64,000 nucleotides of DNA from Thermodesulfobacteriota bacterium (GTDB lineage: Bacteria; Desulfobacterota_D; UBA1144; Nemesobacterales; UBA2774). The translations under genes and the position numbers were made by a program. This document shows positions 46,256-55,820 of this stretch, one piece after another. Where the stretch lies: assembly GCA_965216785.1 (NCBI GenBank), contig OZ244197.1:480001-544000 (forward strand). The letters run 5' to 3'. Under the pieces are notes generated by a model, which worked only from the letters and a program-made list of their open reading frames with translations, had not been told where the DNA came from and ran no database searches. Each line of letters begins with the position of its first letter. Position 1 is the stretch's first letter.

Positions 46256-48177
46256 ATTTTCGGCTGCAGCTCAATCGAACAAACCATTCCCTCTTGAATG
46301 AAATCACCTGGTGAAGGGTCCTGGTCCGTTACATAGCCGCTCCCCTTTACTTCTACTTTCACACCTTCCGCCTCTGACCACTTAAGAATATCTCTCACAC
46401 TCATACCGCTTAAGTCGGGCATGATTTTCGTACCCGCGTATACTTTATCGGGTGAGACGCCCATATGGAATAATACTTTTTCCGCTATCTCCCTAAATAT
46501 AGGTGCTGCGACCGATCCCCCGTGCGTCTTGTTCCTGGGGGCTTCAACAACAACCGCCATAGCTAGCTTGGGGTCGTCCGTGGGTGCTATTCCGATAAAA
46601 GATGCTATATAGCGGTCTTTGTAGTAACCGCCGTTTCTGGGATCGGGTATCTGAGCAGTACCTGTTTTACCGCCGACTGAAAATCCACTAATCTGGGCTC
46701 TTTTACCTGTCCCCTCTTCCACAACCTTCTCCATTATTAATTTCATTTGATAAGTCGTATCGTAGGACAATACCCGCGCATGCACCTCGGGCTTTCTTTC
46801 TCTAATAATAGTTCCGTCAGAGCTCATAATTTTTTTGATAATATAAGGCTCCATCAGATATCCGCCGTTCGCGATCGCCGAGAGCGCCGTGACGAGCTGT
46901 AAAGAAGTTACAGATATACCCTGACCAAATGAGATTGTGGCAAGCTCTATTTTCCCCCACTTCTTAGGGGCCAAGACTTTTCCACCGGACTCACCGGGGA
47001 GATCTATTCCGGTTTTATCACCGAAGCCGAACTTCTTTAGATAGCTGTGGTATTTATCTCTCCCGAGGAGCTCTCCGATCTTAGATGCCCCAATATTACT
47101 GGAGACCCTAACTACGTCTGCGAACGTTATAGTCCCGTAGGGTTTTACATCTTTTATTACTTTCGCCCCTACCTTTCTTCTACCCATTTCACAGTCAAAC
47201 AAAGAGTCGGGATTAGCCTTATTCTCCTCTAGCGCCGAAGCCGCCAGGAAGAGCTTCATAGTGGAGCCGGGCTCATACGTATACCAGATCGGCAGGTTTC
47301 TCCTGTTTGCCTCTGGGTATGTACCGTAGCTGTTGGGATCTATAAAGGGGTAAGAGGCCATAGCCAATACTTCTCCTGTCTCAGGATTCATTAGAATCGC
47401 CATACCCTTCTCGGCATTCATGGCTTCGATTCCCTCTTTAAGCTCCCTTTCCACAATGTGCTGGATCTGCGAGTCTATAGTCAGCACTATATCGTGTCCA
47501 GCGGTGTTCTCTTCATCAAAATCCTGTACAATGTCAGGATTTTGAATGATTTTACGTCCGAAGGCGTCTCTTTTTAATATAATATTTCTGGGCGTGCCGA
47601 TAAGAAGGTCATCGAATCGGTACTCTATCCCCTCGATTCCGTTCGAGTCAATATTTGTGAATCCCAGGACTTGTCCCAAAAGATGACCGTTCGGATAAAT
47701 TCTCTTTGGCTCCTCGATAAAACCTACGCCCTCTAGATCCAACTCTTCGAGCGTCTCTGTTACATCAGGGTCGACTAGTCTCTTTAGCCAGACAAAGGAC
47801 CTTTTTGACGATGCTCTCGAGAGCACGGTTTTCTGAGATACATCAATATATTTTGATATTGTTTTTGATATGTCGACAGGGTTTGCTATATCTTTTGGGT
47901 TAACATATACAGATTTAACGTCCACATTTACGGCAAGCTCTTTTAAGTTTCGATCAAGAATCTTTCCCCTTCGGGGCAGGAGCTTTGAGCTTCCGTGGTG
48001 TTGCTTTTTCGCTATTTTAAATGCACGCGCTCTGTCCAGCACCTGCAGCTCAAGCGCCTTGAACGATATAGAAGCAAAGAGCACAAGCAAGAGAAAGCCT
48101 ACGATGGATACCCTCCATCTGGGCCTGTTCAGGTCTCTACCGAGTGATATTCTTTTGGAATTTTTTTTCTTTTTCAT
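46252..48177 (-). CDS. ftsI: Division transpeptidase PBP3 with C-terminal PASTA domain
   Basis: RGKILDRN; active-site motifs EPGSTMK (SxxK), SSN and KTGTAQ; PASTA-like MPDLSGMS. Confidence 0.96.
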   Translation of the reverse strand: MKKKKNSKRISLGRDLNRPRWRVSIVGFLLLVLFASISFKALELQVLDRARAFKIAKKQHHGSSKLLPRRGKILDRNLKELAVNVDVKSVYVNPKDIANPVDISKTISKYIDVSQKTVLSRASSKRSFVWLKRLVDPDVTETLEELDLEGVGFIEEPKRIYPNGHLLGQVLGFTNIDSNGIEGIEYRFDDLLIGTPRNIILKRDAFGRKIIQNPDIVQDFDEENTAGHDIVLTIDSQIQHIVERELKEGIEAMNAEKGMAILMNPETGEVLAMASYPFIDPNSYGTYPEANRRNLPIWYTYEPGSTMKLFLAASALEENKANPDSLFDCEMGRRKVGAKVIKDVKPYGTITFADVVRVSSNIGASKIGELLGRDKYHSYLKKFGFGDKTGIDLPGESGGKVLAPKKWGKIELATISFGQGISVTSLQLVTALSAIANGGYLMEPYIIKKIMSSDGTIIRERKPEVHARVLSYDTTYQMKLIMEKVVEEGTGKRAQISGFSVGGKTGTAQIPDPRNGGYYKDRYIASFIGIAPTDDPKLAMAVVVEAPRNKTHGGSVAAPIFREIAEKVLFHMGVSPDKVYAGTKIMPDLSGMSVRDILKWSEAEGVKVEVKGSGYVTDQDPSPGDFIQEGMVCSIELQPKI

Positions 48178-48515
48178 TCCATCTTATCACTAAGAATGTG
48201 TTTTTGCTCAATATATACAATGTCTTGCTGAGTAGGAAACTTGAACCCCAACTCCATTGCCGTACCCTCAAGGCTATCGGCGGATATAGCTCTCATAAAT
48301 TCCGACTTAAGCGTCTTATTCTCTTTTAGCAGCTCCTTGGCCTCTTTTTTGTTCCAGGAGATCTCATATCCTAGCCTTATGCCTTCAGCTTTAATCCTGA
48401 GATATCCAAGCGCCAATACTACTGAGAGCACAACTAGGAGCAGTAAGCCGCCAGATACCGCTTTCTTCGCTTTTTTTATTTTCTGTCTCGCACCTAAAGT
48501 GCCTGACTTAGCCAT
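48174..48515 (-). CDS. ftsL: Cell division protein FtsL
   Basis: Basic N-terminus, one TM, coiled coil and A..LGF; located between rsmH and ftsI. Confidence 0.8.
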   Translation of the reverse strand: MAKSGTLGARQKIKKAKKAVSGGLLLLVVLSVVLALGYLRIKAEGIRLGYEISWNKKEAKELLKENKTLKSEFMRAISADSLEGTAMELGFKFPTQQDIVYIEQKHILSDKME

Positions 48516-48517
48516 CT

Positions 48518-49477
48518 TTATATCCTCTCTCCTACTCTGAGCTTCGCGCTTCTCGCCCTCGGGTTATCCAGAATTTCGTCCTGCCCGGGCACTATGGGAG
48601 AGCGGGTGAGGATCTTTAATTCTCGTTCTTTTCCACAGCCGCATTCAGGCATTTCGGGAGGGCATACACATGGGTTAGATAAACGCTGAAATGCGCTCTT
48701 AACAAGCCTATCTTCAAGTGAATGAAAAGAAATTACAACGAGCCTCCCACCTGGTTTTAGCAACGAAATAGCTTTATCTAAAAACTCTTTTATATTGTCC
48801 AGCTCATTATTCACTGCGATCCTAAGCGCCTGAAATGTCTTGGTAGCAGGATGAATTCTAGCAGGATGAAACTTTTTCGGAATTGCCCCTGAAACTACTT
48901 TGGCAAGCTCTGCCGAGGTTTCGATAGGTTTCAGGTTCCTTGCCTCAACTATATGTTTGGCGATTTTCTTAGCCCACTTTTCCTCGCCGTATATCTTCAG
49001 GACTTTAGATATCTCATCAACACTCATCTCGTTCACCAGATCATGCGCGGTAAAACGAAGCCTGGGATCCATTCTCATATCCAGCACTTCGTCTCTCATG
49101 AAGCTAAATCCCCGCTCGCTCGACTCAATCTGAAGAGAAGACATCCCCAGATCCGCGACTATGCCGTCCACAAGATCTATGTCCAGGTCTTCCAGCACAC
49201 TGTCTATTTCTGAAAAATTGCTGTTTCTCAGTACAATCTGGCTCTTATACTTTGAAAGTAGATCGGCCGAAATAGATATTGCTTCCTCATCCACATCAAG
49301 ACCGATAACTCTGCATTTATATTCTGTATGTTCTAGTATTGCCTGCGTGTGACCGCCAAGACCGAGCGTGGCATCAACGTATATTCCCTCTCTATCGGTC
49401 ACCAAGTAATCCGTAACCTCTTTTGTCATAACCGATTTATGCATCGGCTTAGTCATGTCTAGTAGTGGGCTTTCCAT
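48518..49477 (-). CDS. rsmH: 16S rRNA m4C1402 methyltransferase
   Basis: Motifs DATLGLGGH, DLGMSS, LDMRMD, TFQALRIAVN, FHSLEDR and NPRARSAKLR. Start placed after the mraZ stop (49477, or a slightly later ATG). Confidence 0.97.
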   Translation of the reverse strand: MESPLLDMTKPMHKSVMTKEVTDYLVTDREGIYVDATLGLGGHTQAILEHTEYKCRVIGLDVDEEAISISADLLSKYKSQIVLRNSNFSEIDSVLEDLDIDLVDGIVADLGMSSLQIESSERGFSFMRDEVLDMRMDPRLRFTAHDLVNEMSVDEISKVLKIYGEEKWAKKIAKHIVEARNLKPIETSAELAKVVSGAIPKKFHPARIHPATKTFQALRIAVNNELDNIKEFLDKAISLLKPGGRLVVISFHSLEDRLVKSAFQRLSNPCVCPPEMPECGCGKERELKILTRSPIVPGQDEILDNPRARSAKLRVGERI

Positions 49478-49481
49478 AGTT

Positions 49482-49928
49482 TTAGAGTCCTTGTCCGGCA
49501 AGTGTTTCTCTACTCTTTTTAAATTCTTCATAGGCGCGCTCTGACTGCTCGACTTCCCAAACTTCCTTAGACCATATCTCTATTCTGGTAAGCATACCTA
49601 CCATTACAACATCTTTATTTATATGCGCATGGTTTCTGAGCGGTTGCGGTATGAGCACCCTCCCCTGACCGTCGAGCGGGCAGTCGACCGCCCCGCCCAT
49701 AAGGTAGCGGAGAAATGATATAACCTCTTGTTTGAACTGAGGGAGCTCAGACACTTTACGCTCAATCTCGTTCCATTCCTTTAGAGGATACGCGACAAGG
49801 CATTTATCGAAGTTCGTTATTACAAAGGTCTCATCCCCGTATTTTTCCTTACAGACTTCCCGGAATTTTGCGGGCATGCTCACTCTGCCTTTATCAGTCA
49901 TTGTGTGCTCGTAACGTCCTCTGAACAT
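49482..49928 (-). CDS. mraZ: Division/cell wall cluster transcriptional repressor MraZ
   Basis: Motifs MFRG.Y.H..DKGRVSMP, LDGQGRVLIP..LR and IEIW. Confidence 0.97.
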   Translation of the reverse strand: MFRGRYEHTMTDKGRVSMPAKFREVCKEKYGDETFVITNFDKCLVAYPLKEWNEIERKVSELPQFKQEVISFLRYLMGGAVDCPLDGQGRVLIPQPLRNHAHINKDVVMVGMLTRIEIWSKEVWEVEQSERAYEEFKKSRETLAGQGL

Positions 49929-49930
49929 TA

Positions 49931-49970
49931 TAGTACCATCTTATGCCACTTTATACCACTCTGAACCACT
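49931..49970 (-). promoter_or_regulatory. MraZ operator: four direct repeats of (G/A)TGG at 10-bp spacing
   Basis: Minus strand reads AGTGGTTCAG AGTGGTATAA AGTGGCATAA GATGGTACTA immediately before the mraZ ATG. Confidence 0.85.
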
Positions 49971-49996
49971 ATATAATTTTGTATTAAGTTTGTCAA
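49968..49996 (-). promoter_or_regulatory. Sigma70 promoter of the dcw cluster
   Basis: TTGACA-N17-TATAGT on the minus strand, overlapping the first MraZ repeat. Confidence 0.85.
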
Positions 49997-50345
49997 GTAA
50001 GGTTTTGTAATTTATCAATTTTTTCGAAATTACCGATAGGCAGATTTAAAACTATTTTTCTACTCGTTTTTACTTTATTATTATAAACAGAATCAGATAG
50101 AACGTGAAGGCCAATACTTCAACTATGCCTCGCAACTACCCTATATTCATAGATATTTAATTTTAGCAAAAATCCGCTATAAAATTATACCATGCCATTT
50201 TATACCACCACAAGTTTTCAATTAGAGCAAGTATCCGGGATTTTTCAGTGTTTTTAAGATATAGTAGAATCGGAAAATTGGATAAATTGATATATAATTC
50301 CCGTACTTTGTATCTTGGTGAAAATATATTTCTGGATTAACTTCT

Positions 50346-50567
50346 ATGCCGGTTATTCGTATAAAATTAAGAGATAACAGCGAGGCCGTGTATTTCCAAT
50401 CCATCATGGGAACCTACTCACACCTTGCATGGGTAAGAACGGACGACCCCAGCTCCGGAGTCATCAATATTATAACAACCCCGGACAGGGAAGATGAAGC
50501 AAGGACGCTTTTACATGAGCTAAAGAGTGAGCTGGATTTTGAAGAGGTTGAACAAAGCGGTGAATAA
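50346..50567 (+). CDS. Small conserved protein, DUF4911-like
   Basis: YFQSIMGTYSHLAWVRTDDPSSG pattern; co-oriented 21 nt upstream of murJ. Confidence 0.6.
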   Translation: MPVIRIKLRDNSEAVYFQSIMGTYSHLAWVRTDDPSSGVINIITTPDREDEARTLLHELKSELDFEEVEQSGE

Positions 50568-50588
50568 TAGTAATCATACAAGAAACAG

Positions 50589-52163
50589 ATGAAACAACAC
50601 GAAGAAATAACCCGTTCCGCAGGTCTTGTCGGCTCGCTCACTCTGCTTAGCAGAATAGCCGGATACGCCCGGGATATGGTCATAGCCTATTTCTTCGGCG
50701 CGTCCGCCTCAACAGACGCCTTCTGGGTAGCGTTTAGAATCCCGAACCTCCTGAGGAGGCTCTTTGCCGAAGGCTCGCTCACTATCTCTTTCATCCCGGT
50801 CTTTACCGATTACATTGAGAAAGGAGATAAAAAAGAGGCTAAGAAGGTTGAGGACGCGGTATTTACAATACTCCTTTGCCTCCTAATAATCATATCCGCC
50901 CTGGGAGTAATTCTTTCTCCTTACATAATAAAAATATTCGCAGCGGGCTTTGACGCACAAACATTTAACCTGGCGGTAACTCTTAACCGCTACATGTTCC
51001 CCTATATACTGTTCATTTCGCTTACCGCTCTGTCCATGGGCGTATTGAATTCGCTAAGGCATTTCTTCGCCCCGGCTATCTCTCCAGCCGTTTCGAATAT
51101 CTGCATTATAGCAGCGATATTTTTAATACACAGAAGCCTAAACGTCCCCATTTATTCAGCCGCGGCGGGAGTAATGCTGGGCGGTGTTCTTCAACTCGTG
51201 ATTCAGATCCCGTTTTTAAAATCCCGCGGTTTTCTATTCGGATTTAGTAAGAGCTGGGGACACCCGGCGGTCAAGCGTATTGCATTATTAATAGTCCCGC
51301 AGCTCTTCGGTGTTGCCGTTTACCAGCTAAATATAATAGTCAACACTCAATACGCCTCGTTTATGCCTCAGGGGAGCATCTCCTACCTCTACTTTGCCGA
51401 GCGGCTCATAGAGTTTCCGCTCGGGATAATCGCCGTATCGATCGCGACTGTGCTCCTTCCCAGCCTCTCATCGCACGTTTCAAAGGGGGAATTCGGGAAA
51501 TTCAGAGAAACCTACTCCTACACACTCAGGCTCATGCTATTCATTCTGATTCCGGCGCTGGTCGGCCTTATAGTGCTCAGGGTTCCCATCTGCAACCTCC
51601 TGTACCAAAGGGGCGAGTTTAGCTACGCAGCAGCCCTCTTCACCTCTCAAGCGCTATTCGGCTACGCGATCGGGCTATGGGCTGTAGGTGGCATAAGGAT
51701 TACGGCTCCTGCTTTCTACGCCATGAAGGACACTAAGACACCTGTCATAATTGCTTTTGTTGCGTTCATTGCAAATGCGGTACTTGGTTATGTACTCGGA
51801 TTTACTTTCGGCCTTCTTCACACCGGGCTTGCTATTTCAAGCTCTGTCTCTTCTATAATTAATTTCCTGCTGCTTTTTTATCTTGTAGAAAAAAGGGTTG
51901 GTGACATAAAGGTGAGATCCATACTTGCTCTGTCTTTAAAGCTGATAGCGATATCCCTCGTTATGGGTTTTGCGGCGTGGAAATTCTCAGGGCTTGCAGA
52001 TTGGAGCGAAGCCCAATTTTCATGGCAGAAAATCGGGGTATTAGCAGGCTCAATTGTCATTTCCGCGGTGGTTTACTTCGCACTCGCCAAACTGCTGAGA
52101 GTAAAAGAGTCGGATTTCCTGTTCGCTATGATCCGCGGCAAATTCTCAAGTGCGAAGGGATGA
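50589..52163 (+). CDS. murJ: Lipid II flippase MurJ (MviN)
   Basis: Motifs SRIAGYARD, AFRIPNLLRRLFAEG, LYFAERLIEFPLG and FYAMKDTKTP. Confidence 0.97.
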   Translation: MKQHEEITRSAGLVGSLTLLSRIAGYARDMVIAYFFGASASTDAFWVAFRIPNLLRRLFAEGSLTISFIPVFTDYIEKGDKKEAKKVEDAVFTILLCLLIIISALGVILSPYIIKIFAAGFDAQTFNLAVTLNRYMFPYILFISLTALSMGVLNSLRHFFAPAISPAVSNICIIAAIFLIHRSLNVPIYSAAAGVMLGGVLQLVIQIPFLKSRGFLFGFSKSWGHPAVKRIALLIVPQLFGVAVYQLNIIVNTQYASFMPQGSISYLYFAERLIEFPLGIIAVSIATVLLPSLSSHVSKGEFGKFRETYSYTLRLMLFILIPALVGLIVLRVPICNLLYQRGEFSYAAALFTSQALFGYAIGLWAVGGIRITAPAFYAMKDTKTPVIIAFVAFIANAVLGYVLGFTFGLLHTGLAISSSVSSIINFLLLFYLVEKRVGDIKVRSILALSLKLIAISLVMGFAAWKFSGLADWSEAQFSWQKIGVLAGSIVISAVVYFALAKLLRVKESDFLFAMIRGKFSSAKG

Positions 52164-52254
52164 TTTTGATTCGCACAAATTGCGAGGCATATAAAAATGG
52201 GCTGACAGTGATATTAAATCACCCCCAGCCCCGCTATTTCATCTTTAAAGTTAA

Positions 52255-54180
52255 CTACCGATTGGCGCAGAAGCCGAAATTCTGCGTGCCTCCCGGCTGA
52301 ACAGTATTGTTCCAGGACACACCTTCGGCTGTAACGATACCGCCGCTCTGTGTATATGTCGCGTTCCACATATTCCTTACAGTCCCGTCAATCGAAAACG
52401 ATACTATCCAGTCTTGAGGTGAAGAGCCCGAATTAGACACCGTTACCTGAGCGCAGTAACCCGATCCCCAGTCGTCATTGATGGCAACGGTTGCGGTAAC
52501 ATCCCCTCCGCCGGGAGGCGCATTAAACTCGTCGTCATCATTTGCGCTGCCGCACCCCGGGTCCGCGGGATAGTCCGTAAGACCGTCACTGTCGTTGTCT
52601 ATACCGTCAGAGCATGCGAACACAGGCGGGGGCGGTGTCGGCGCAGGAGTCGGAACAGGAGTAGGCTCCGGAGGTGCAGCGCGGTCCGCACAGAAGCCGA
52701 AATCCACCGAATTCCCCGGCGCTACCGTATTATTCCAGGACACTCCCTCTACCGTAACTTCATCCCCAGACTGTGAATACTCGGCATTCCACATATCCTT
52801 GACCGTTCCCTCAATACTAAAGCTAACCACCCAATCCTCTGTGCTGCTGCCGTTATTCGTAACCACTACCTGGGCGCAGTAACCCGATCCCCAGTCGTCG
52901 TTGATGGAGACAGAGGCTGTGACATCCCCTCCGCCGGGAGGCGCGTTAAACTCGTCATTGTCTGTTGCGGAGCTGCATCCCGGGTCGTCCGGATAATCTG
53001 TCAGACCGTCGCTGTCATTGTCGATGCCGTCAGAGCATGCGGCTACAGGAGGAGGCGGTGTAGGGGTGGGAGGAGGCACATTGCCGTCCATCAGCTGGCT
53101 CAGCAGCGCCACTTTATCGTCCCAAACACTCTGCCAATCGTCCTGTAGTATCCCGCCCGTGTCCCCGCTGTTCGGGTTCCACGACCAGTAAAAGAAGTTA
53201 GTCATCCCCTTCCCATCCATCCAGTTTATCAGGGCGTCCTGCCAAGTCTTGTCTCTTGGGTCACCGCCGTTTCCGTACCTGCCGCCGAACTCACCGATGA
53301 TGACCGCATAGCCCCTATCCACAAGATAGCCGAAATGCGTTTCCCAGATTGCGGGCATATTTCCCGGAAATCCGGAGTCGTTGAAGTAGGGCTGAACAAA
53401 AACGTCCGGTCCGTAAACGTGCGGGCTTAGTACGAGCTTATCCTCGGGAATATTGAGCGGAAAGCAAGAGAATGGTTCCAGATTTCCGCCCCACCAGTGC
53501 TGAATGGAGCCCGAGCACGTAGGGTTTTCCTGAACCCCCTGGACGAAGATCAAGATATTAGAGTTAACCGCGAGAACCTCAGAAGCCGCAAGCTCGGCTG
53601 CCCGTTTCCAGTCGGTTGCCGCATCTCCGGTGCCCCAGGTCGCGGGGCCGTGAGGCTCGTTTTTTATATCTATGGCAAAGAAACTCTCTATATTGCTATA
53701 TCTGTCCGCCAAGAATGTCAGGTCGTCTATCCAGTCCTGCTCGGAATAGCTCCCCGTGTACCATAACTCTTCGATAGTCTGACAGTCCGAAGTATGGTGA
53801 TCGAGGAGTATGTAAAACCCTTGCCTGTCGAGCTCCTCTACCACCTTGTCCATGATATCCAGAGACCCGAGTCCCTGAAGATCGGAGTTTGCCGAATAGT
53901 TTATGCTCGACGGTGTTACGTTGTCCAGAGTTCTGGGACAGAAAGGAAGTCTTATCGCCGTAAAGCCGAGCCCCTTAATCTGCTGAATCATATCCTTCCA
54001 GTTCCGGGCCCACAAACCGTGTACTACGTTATTATTGGTCTCAAAACCAAACCAGCTCACGCCGTACAGGTTTACTTCCTGAGCCTGCTCGTTAAATACC
54101 TTGCCGTCCTCGACGTAATAAGCCCGGACTGGCAACGTTATACAAACCAATACAAAAAACGCTGTAAGTACTAAGCGCAT
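52255..54180 (-). CDS. Secreted GH5 endoglucanase with two [Pro/Thr linker - Cys/Asp motif - CBM2] modules
   Basis: Signal peptide; GH5 motifs GVSWFGFET, HGLWARNW, IRLPF, DIKNEPHG, SPHVYGP, IGEFGG and WSWNPNSGDTGG; two CBM2-like domains (DWGSGYCA..V.N...W..WNA..WN..FGFC). Confidence 0.92.
   Translation of the reverse strand: MRLVLTAFFVLVCITLPVRAYYVEDGKVFNEQAQEVNLYGVSWFGFETNNNVVHGLWARNWKDMIQQIKGLGFTAIRLPFCPRTLDNVTPSSINYSANSDLQGLGSLDIMDKVVEELDRQGFYILLDHHTSDCQTIEELWYTGSYSEQDWIDDLTFLADRYSNIESFFAIDIKNEPHGPATWGTGDAATDWKRAAELAASEVLAVNSNILIFVQGVQENPTCSGSIQHWWGGNLEPFSCFPLNIPEDKLVLSPHVYGPDVFVQPYFNDSGFPGNMPAIWETHFGYLVDRGYAVIIGEFGGRYGNGGDPRDKTWQDALINWMDGKGMTNFFYWSWNPNSGDTGGILQDDWQSVWDDKVALLSQLMDGNVPPPTPTPPPPVAACSDGIDNDSDGLTDYPDDPGCSSATDNDEFNAPPGGGDVTASVSINDDWGSGYCAQVVVTNNGSSTEDWVVSFSIEGTVKDMWNAEYSQSGDEVTVEGVSWNNTVAPGNSVDFGFCADRAAPPEPTPVPTPAPTPPPPVFACSDGIDNDSDGLTDYPADPGCGSANDDDEFNAPPGGGDVTATVAINDDWGSGYCAQVTVSNSGSSPQDWIVSFSIDGTVRNMWNATYTQSGGIVTAEGVSWNNTVQPGGTQNFGFCANR
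52258..53040 (-). repeat. Intragenic tandem duplication (period 423 nt): copies ~52681-53040 and ~52258-52617
   Basis: ACSDGIDNDSDGLTDYP.DPGC.SA.D.DEFNAPPGGGDVTA.V.INDDWGSGYCAQV is repeated, with clear nucleotide identity between the copies. Confidence 0.92.
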
Positions 54181-54323
54181 ATGTTATCCCCCTTGCTAAG
54201 GATTTATTTGACCTCTTTAGAACCCATGTTTAATAACTATAGCCGCGGTTTCCCGGACCGCGTCGAGAAGCAGAAAGCATTTGTTATCCGACACGTGTTC
54301 CCATAGGTCAGCTCTATAGATGG

Positions 54324-54338
54324 GCAATTTGAATGCCA
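54324..54338 (-). promoter_or_regulatory. Sigma54 (-24/-12) promoter upstream of the GH5 gene
   Basis: Minus strand reads TGGCATTCAAATTGC, with exact GG-N10-GC spacing, about 145 nt upstream of the ATG. Confidence 0.68.
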
Positions 54339-54356
54339 TAAAGCCGGAGTTTATAA

Positions 54357-54369
54357 AATCAAGTGATTT
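54357..54369. promoter_or_regulatory. IHF-like site upstream of the GH5 sigma54 promoter
   Basis: AATCAAGTGATTT versus consensus WATCAANNNNTTR; one mismatch, at the last position. Confidence 0.5.
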
Positions 54370-54546
54370 CAGACGCATAGGCAAATGATTGGTTAGAGAA
54401 ATAATATATATCGAGATAATATGTGTAATAAAGCACACTCAGGTTGTGTCTATTAATACAAGAGAGCATATTGCCAATATTAATAATAGTGATTCTGTTG
54501 AAGGAGATTCTTGACTCTTTATCGGGTTATAAAGTAATATCAGATT

Positions 54547-55257
54547 ATGAACGAGGCTTACGGCTCAGATGCAGATTCAATGAATTCAGACTCTCCTAAT
54601 ACCTTAAAAAAATATGAAGAAATACTGGAGCAAGACCCTTCCTCGTCCATTTTTGTGTTTCTTGCCCAGATTCTATATAAAGAAAATAAGCTCGAGCGGG
54701 CAATCGGTGTATTAATCAAGGGACTCAGATATAATAAAAATAATATCACAGGCCGGTTTCTGCTCGGCAAAATCTACTATGAGCGCTGGATGATAGAGCC
54801 CGCCAAAAAAGAGCTGGAGTCAGTATTCGGGCTCGCGCCGGACAACCTGGCGGCCGGAAAAATGCTGGTACAGATTTATAAGAGTGAGGAGAATTTTGAG
54901 AAGGCGCTTGAAGTTTTAAGGTTCGTTTATGAATTTCATCCCTCAGATACTTCAATACGCTCTGAGATAGAGGAGATCATAGAGGAATTGGGCTCTCAGC
55001 TGCCGGCCTCATGGCAGAACTTTTCAGCTCCTTCAGGGAGTACAAAGCACGAGACAGCCCGCTCAGACGGTGACGCTAAAGATACCGAGCTCCTGACTGA
55101 AACTATGGCCGATATATATATAAAGCAGGGAGACTATGATAAAGGTTTATCCGTGTTTCAAAAAATTTTAGAAAACGACCCGGAAAACAGTTCAGTAAGA
55201 AAAAAACTTGAGGAACACAGGATTAAGGTAATAAATAAAATTGCGGGATTAGGTTAA
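54547..55257 (+). CDS. Tetratricopeptide repeat protein
   Basis: Repeated helical TPR patterns (LAQILY...[28 protein letters not shown]). Confidence 0.85.
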   Translation: MNEAYGSDADSMNSDSPNTLKKYEEILEQDPSSSIFVFLAQILYKENKLERAIGVLIKGLRYNKNNITGRFLLGKIYYERWMIEPAKKELESVFGLAPDNLAAGKMLVQIYKSEENFEKALEVLRFVYEFHPSDTSIRSEIEEIIEELGSQLPASWQNFSAPSGSTKHETARSDGDAKDTELLTETMADIYIKQGDYDKGLSVFQKILENDPENSSVRKKLEEHRIKVINKIAGLG

Positions 55258-55276
55258 GAGGAGCGATAGAAAGAAA

Positions 55277-55711
55277 ATGAAAATACTAATAATTCACGGA
55301 CCGAATTTGAATATGCTCGGAAAGCGCGAGCCTGAGATTTACGGCGCTGATACTCTTAAAGACGTAAATTCGCAGATAGAGGCCTTAGCTAAGGAGCTCG
55401 GAGTTGAGGTCGGGTTTTTCCAATCAAACTCAGAAGGCGAGATAGTAAGCAGGATTCAGGACGCAGCCGCAGAGTATAAAGGGATAGTAATGAACCCGGG
55501 AGCATACACTCACACGAGCATTGCCATACGAGACGCGATCCTTTCATCAGGGCTTTTGGTGGTCGAGGTACATATTTCAAACGTGCATAAACGTGAGGAA
55601 TTCAGACACAAGTCCTATGTATCCGGAGTTGCCCTGGGTGTCGTATCGGGTTTTGGAATTGACAGCTATTTCCTGGGGCTAAGAGGACTTGTTAATCACC
55701 TTTCAGATTAA
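55277..55711 (+). CDS. aroQ: Type II 3-dehydroquinate dehydratase
   Basis: Motifs [32 protein letters not shown] and [15 protein letters not shown]. Confidence 0.98.
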   Translation: MKILIIHGPNLNMLGKREPEIYGADTLKDVNSQIEALAKELGVEVGFFQSNSEGEIVSRIQDAAAEYKGIVMNPGAYTHTSIAIRDAILSSGLLVVEVHISNVHKREEFRHKSYVSGVALGVVSGFGIDSYFLGLRGLVNHLSD

Positions 55712-55820
55712 CCCCGCTTACAGTAAATTCGCGCAACAAAGATTCCGTCTTTTTTACTGGCGAGTTAACGGCTATATTTACCTTTTTATATTACAATTCA
55801 GTACCGCCTATAAGTAGCCG

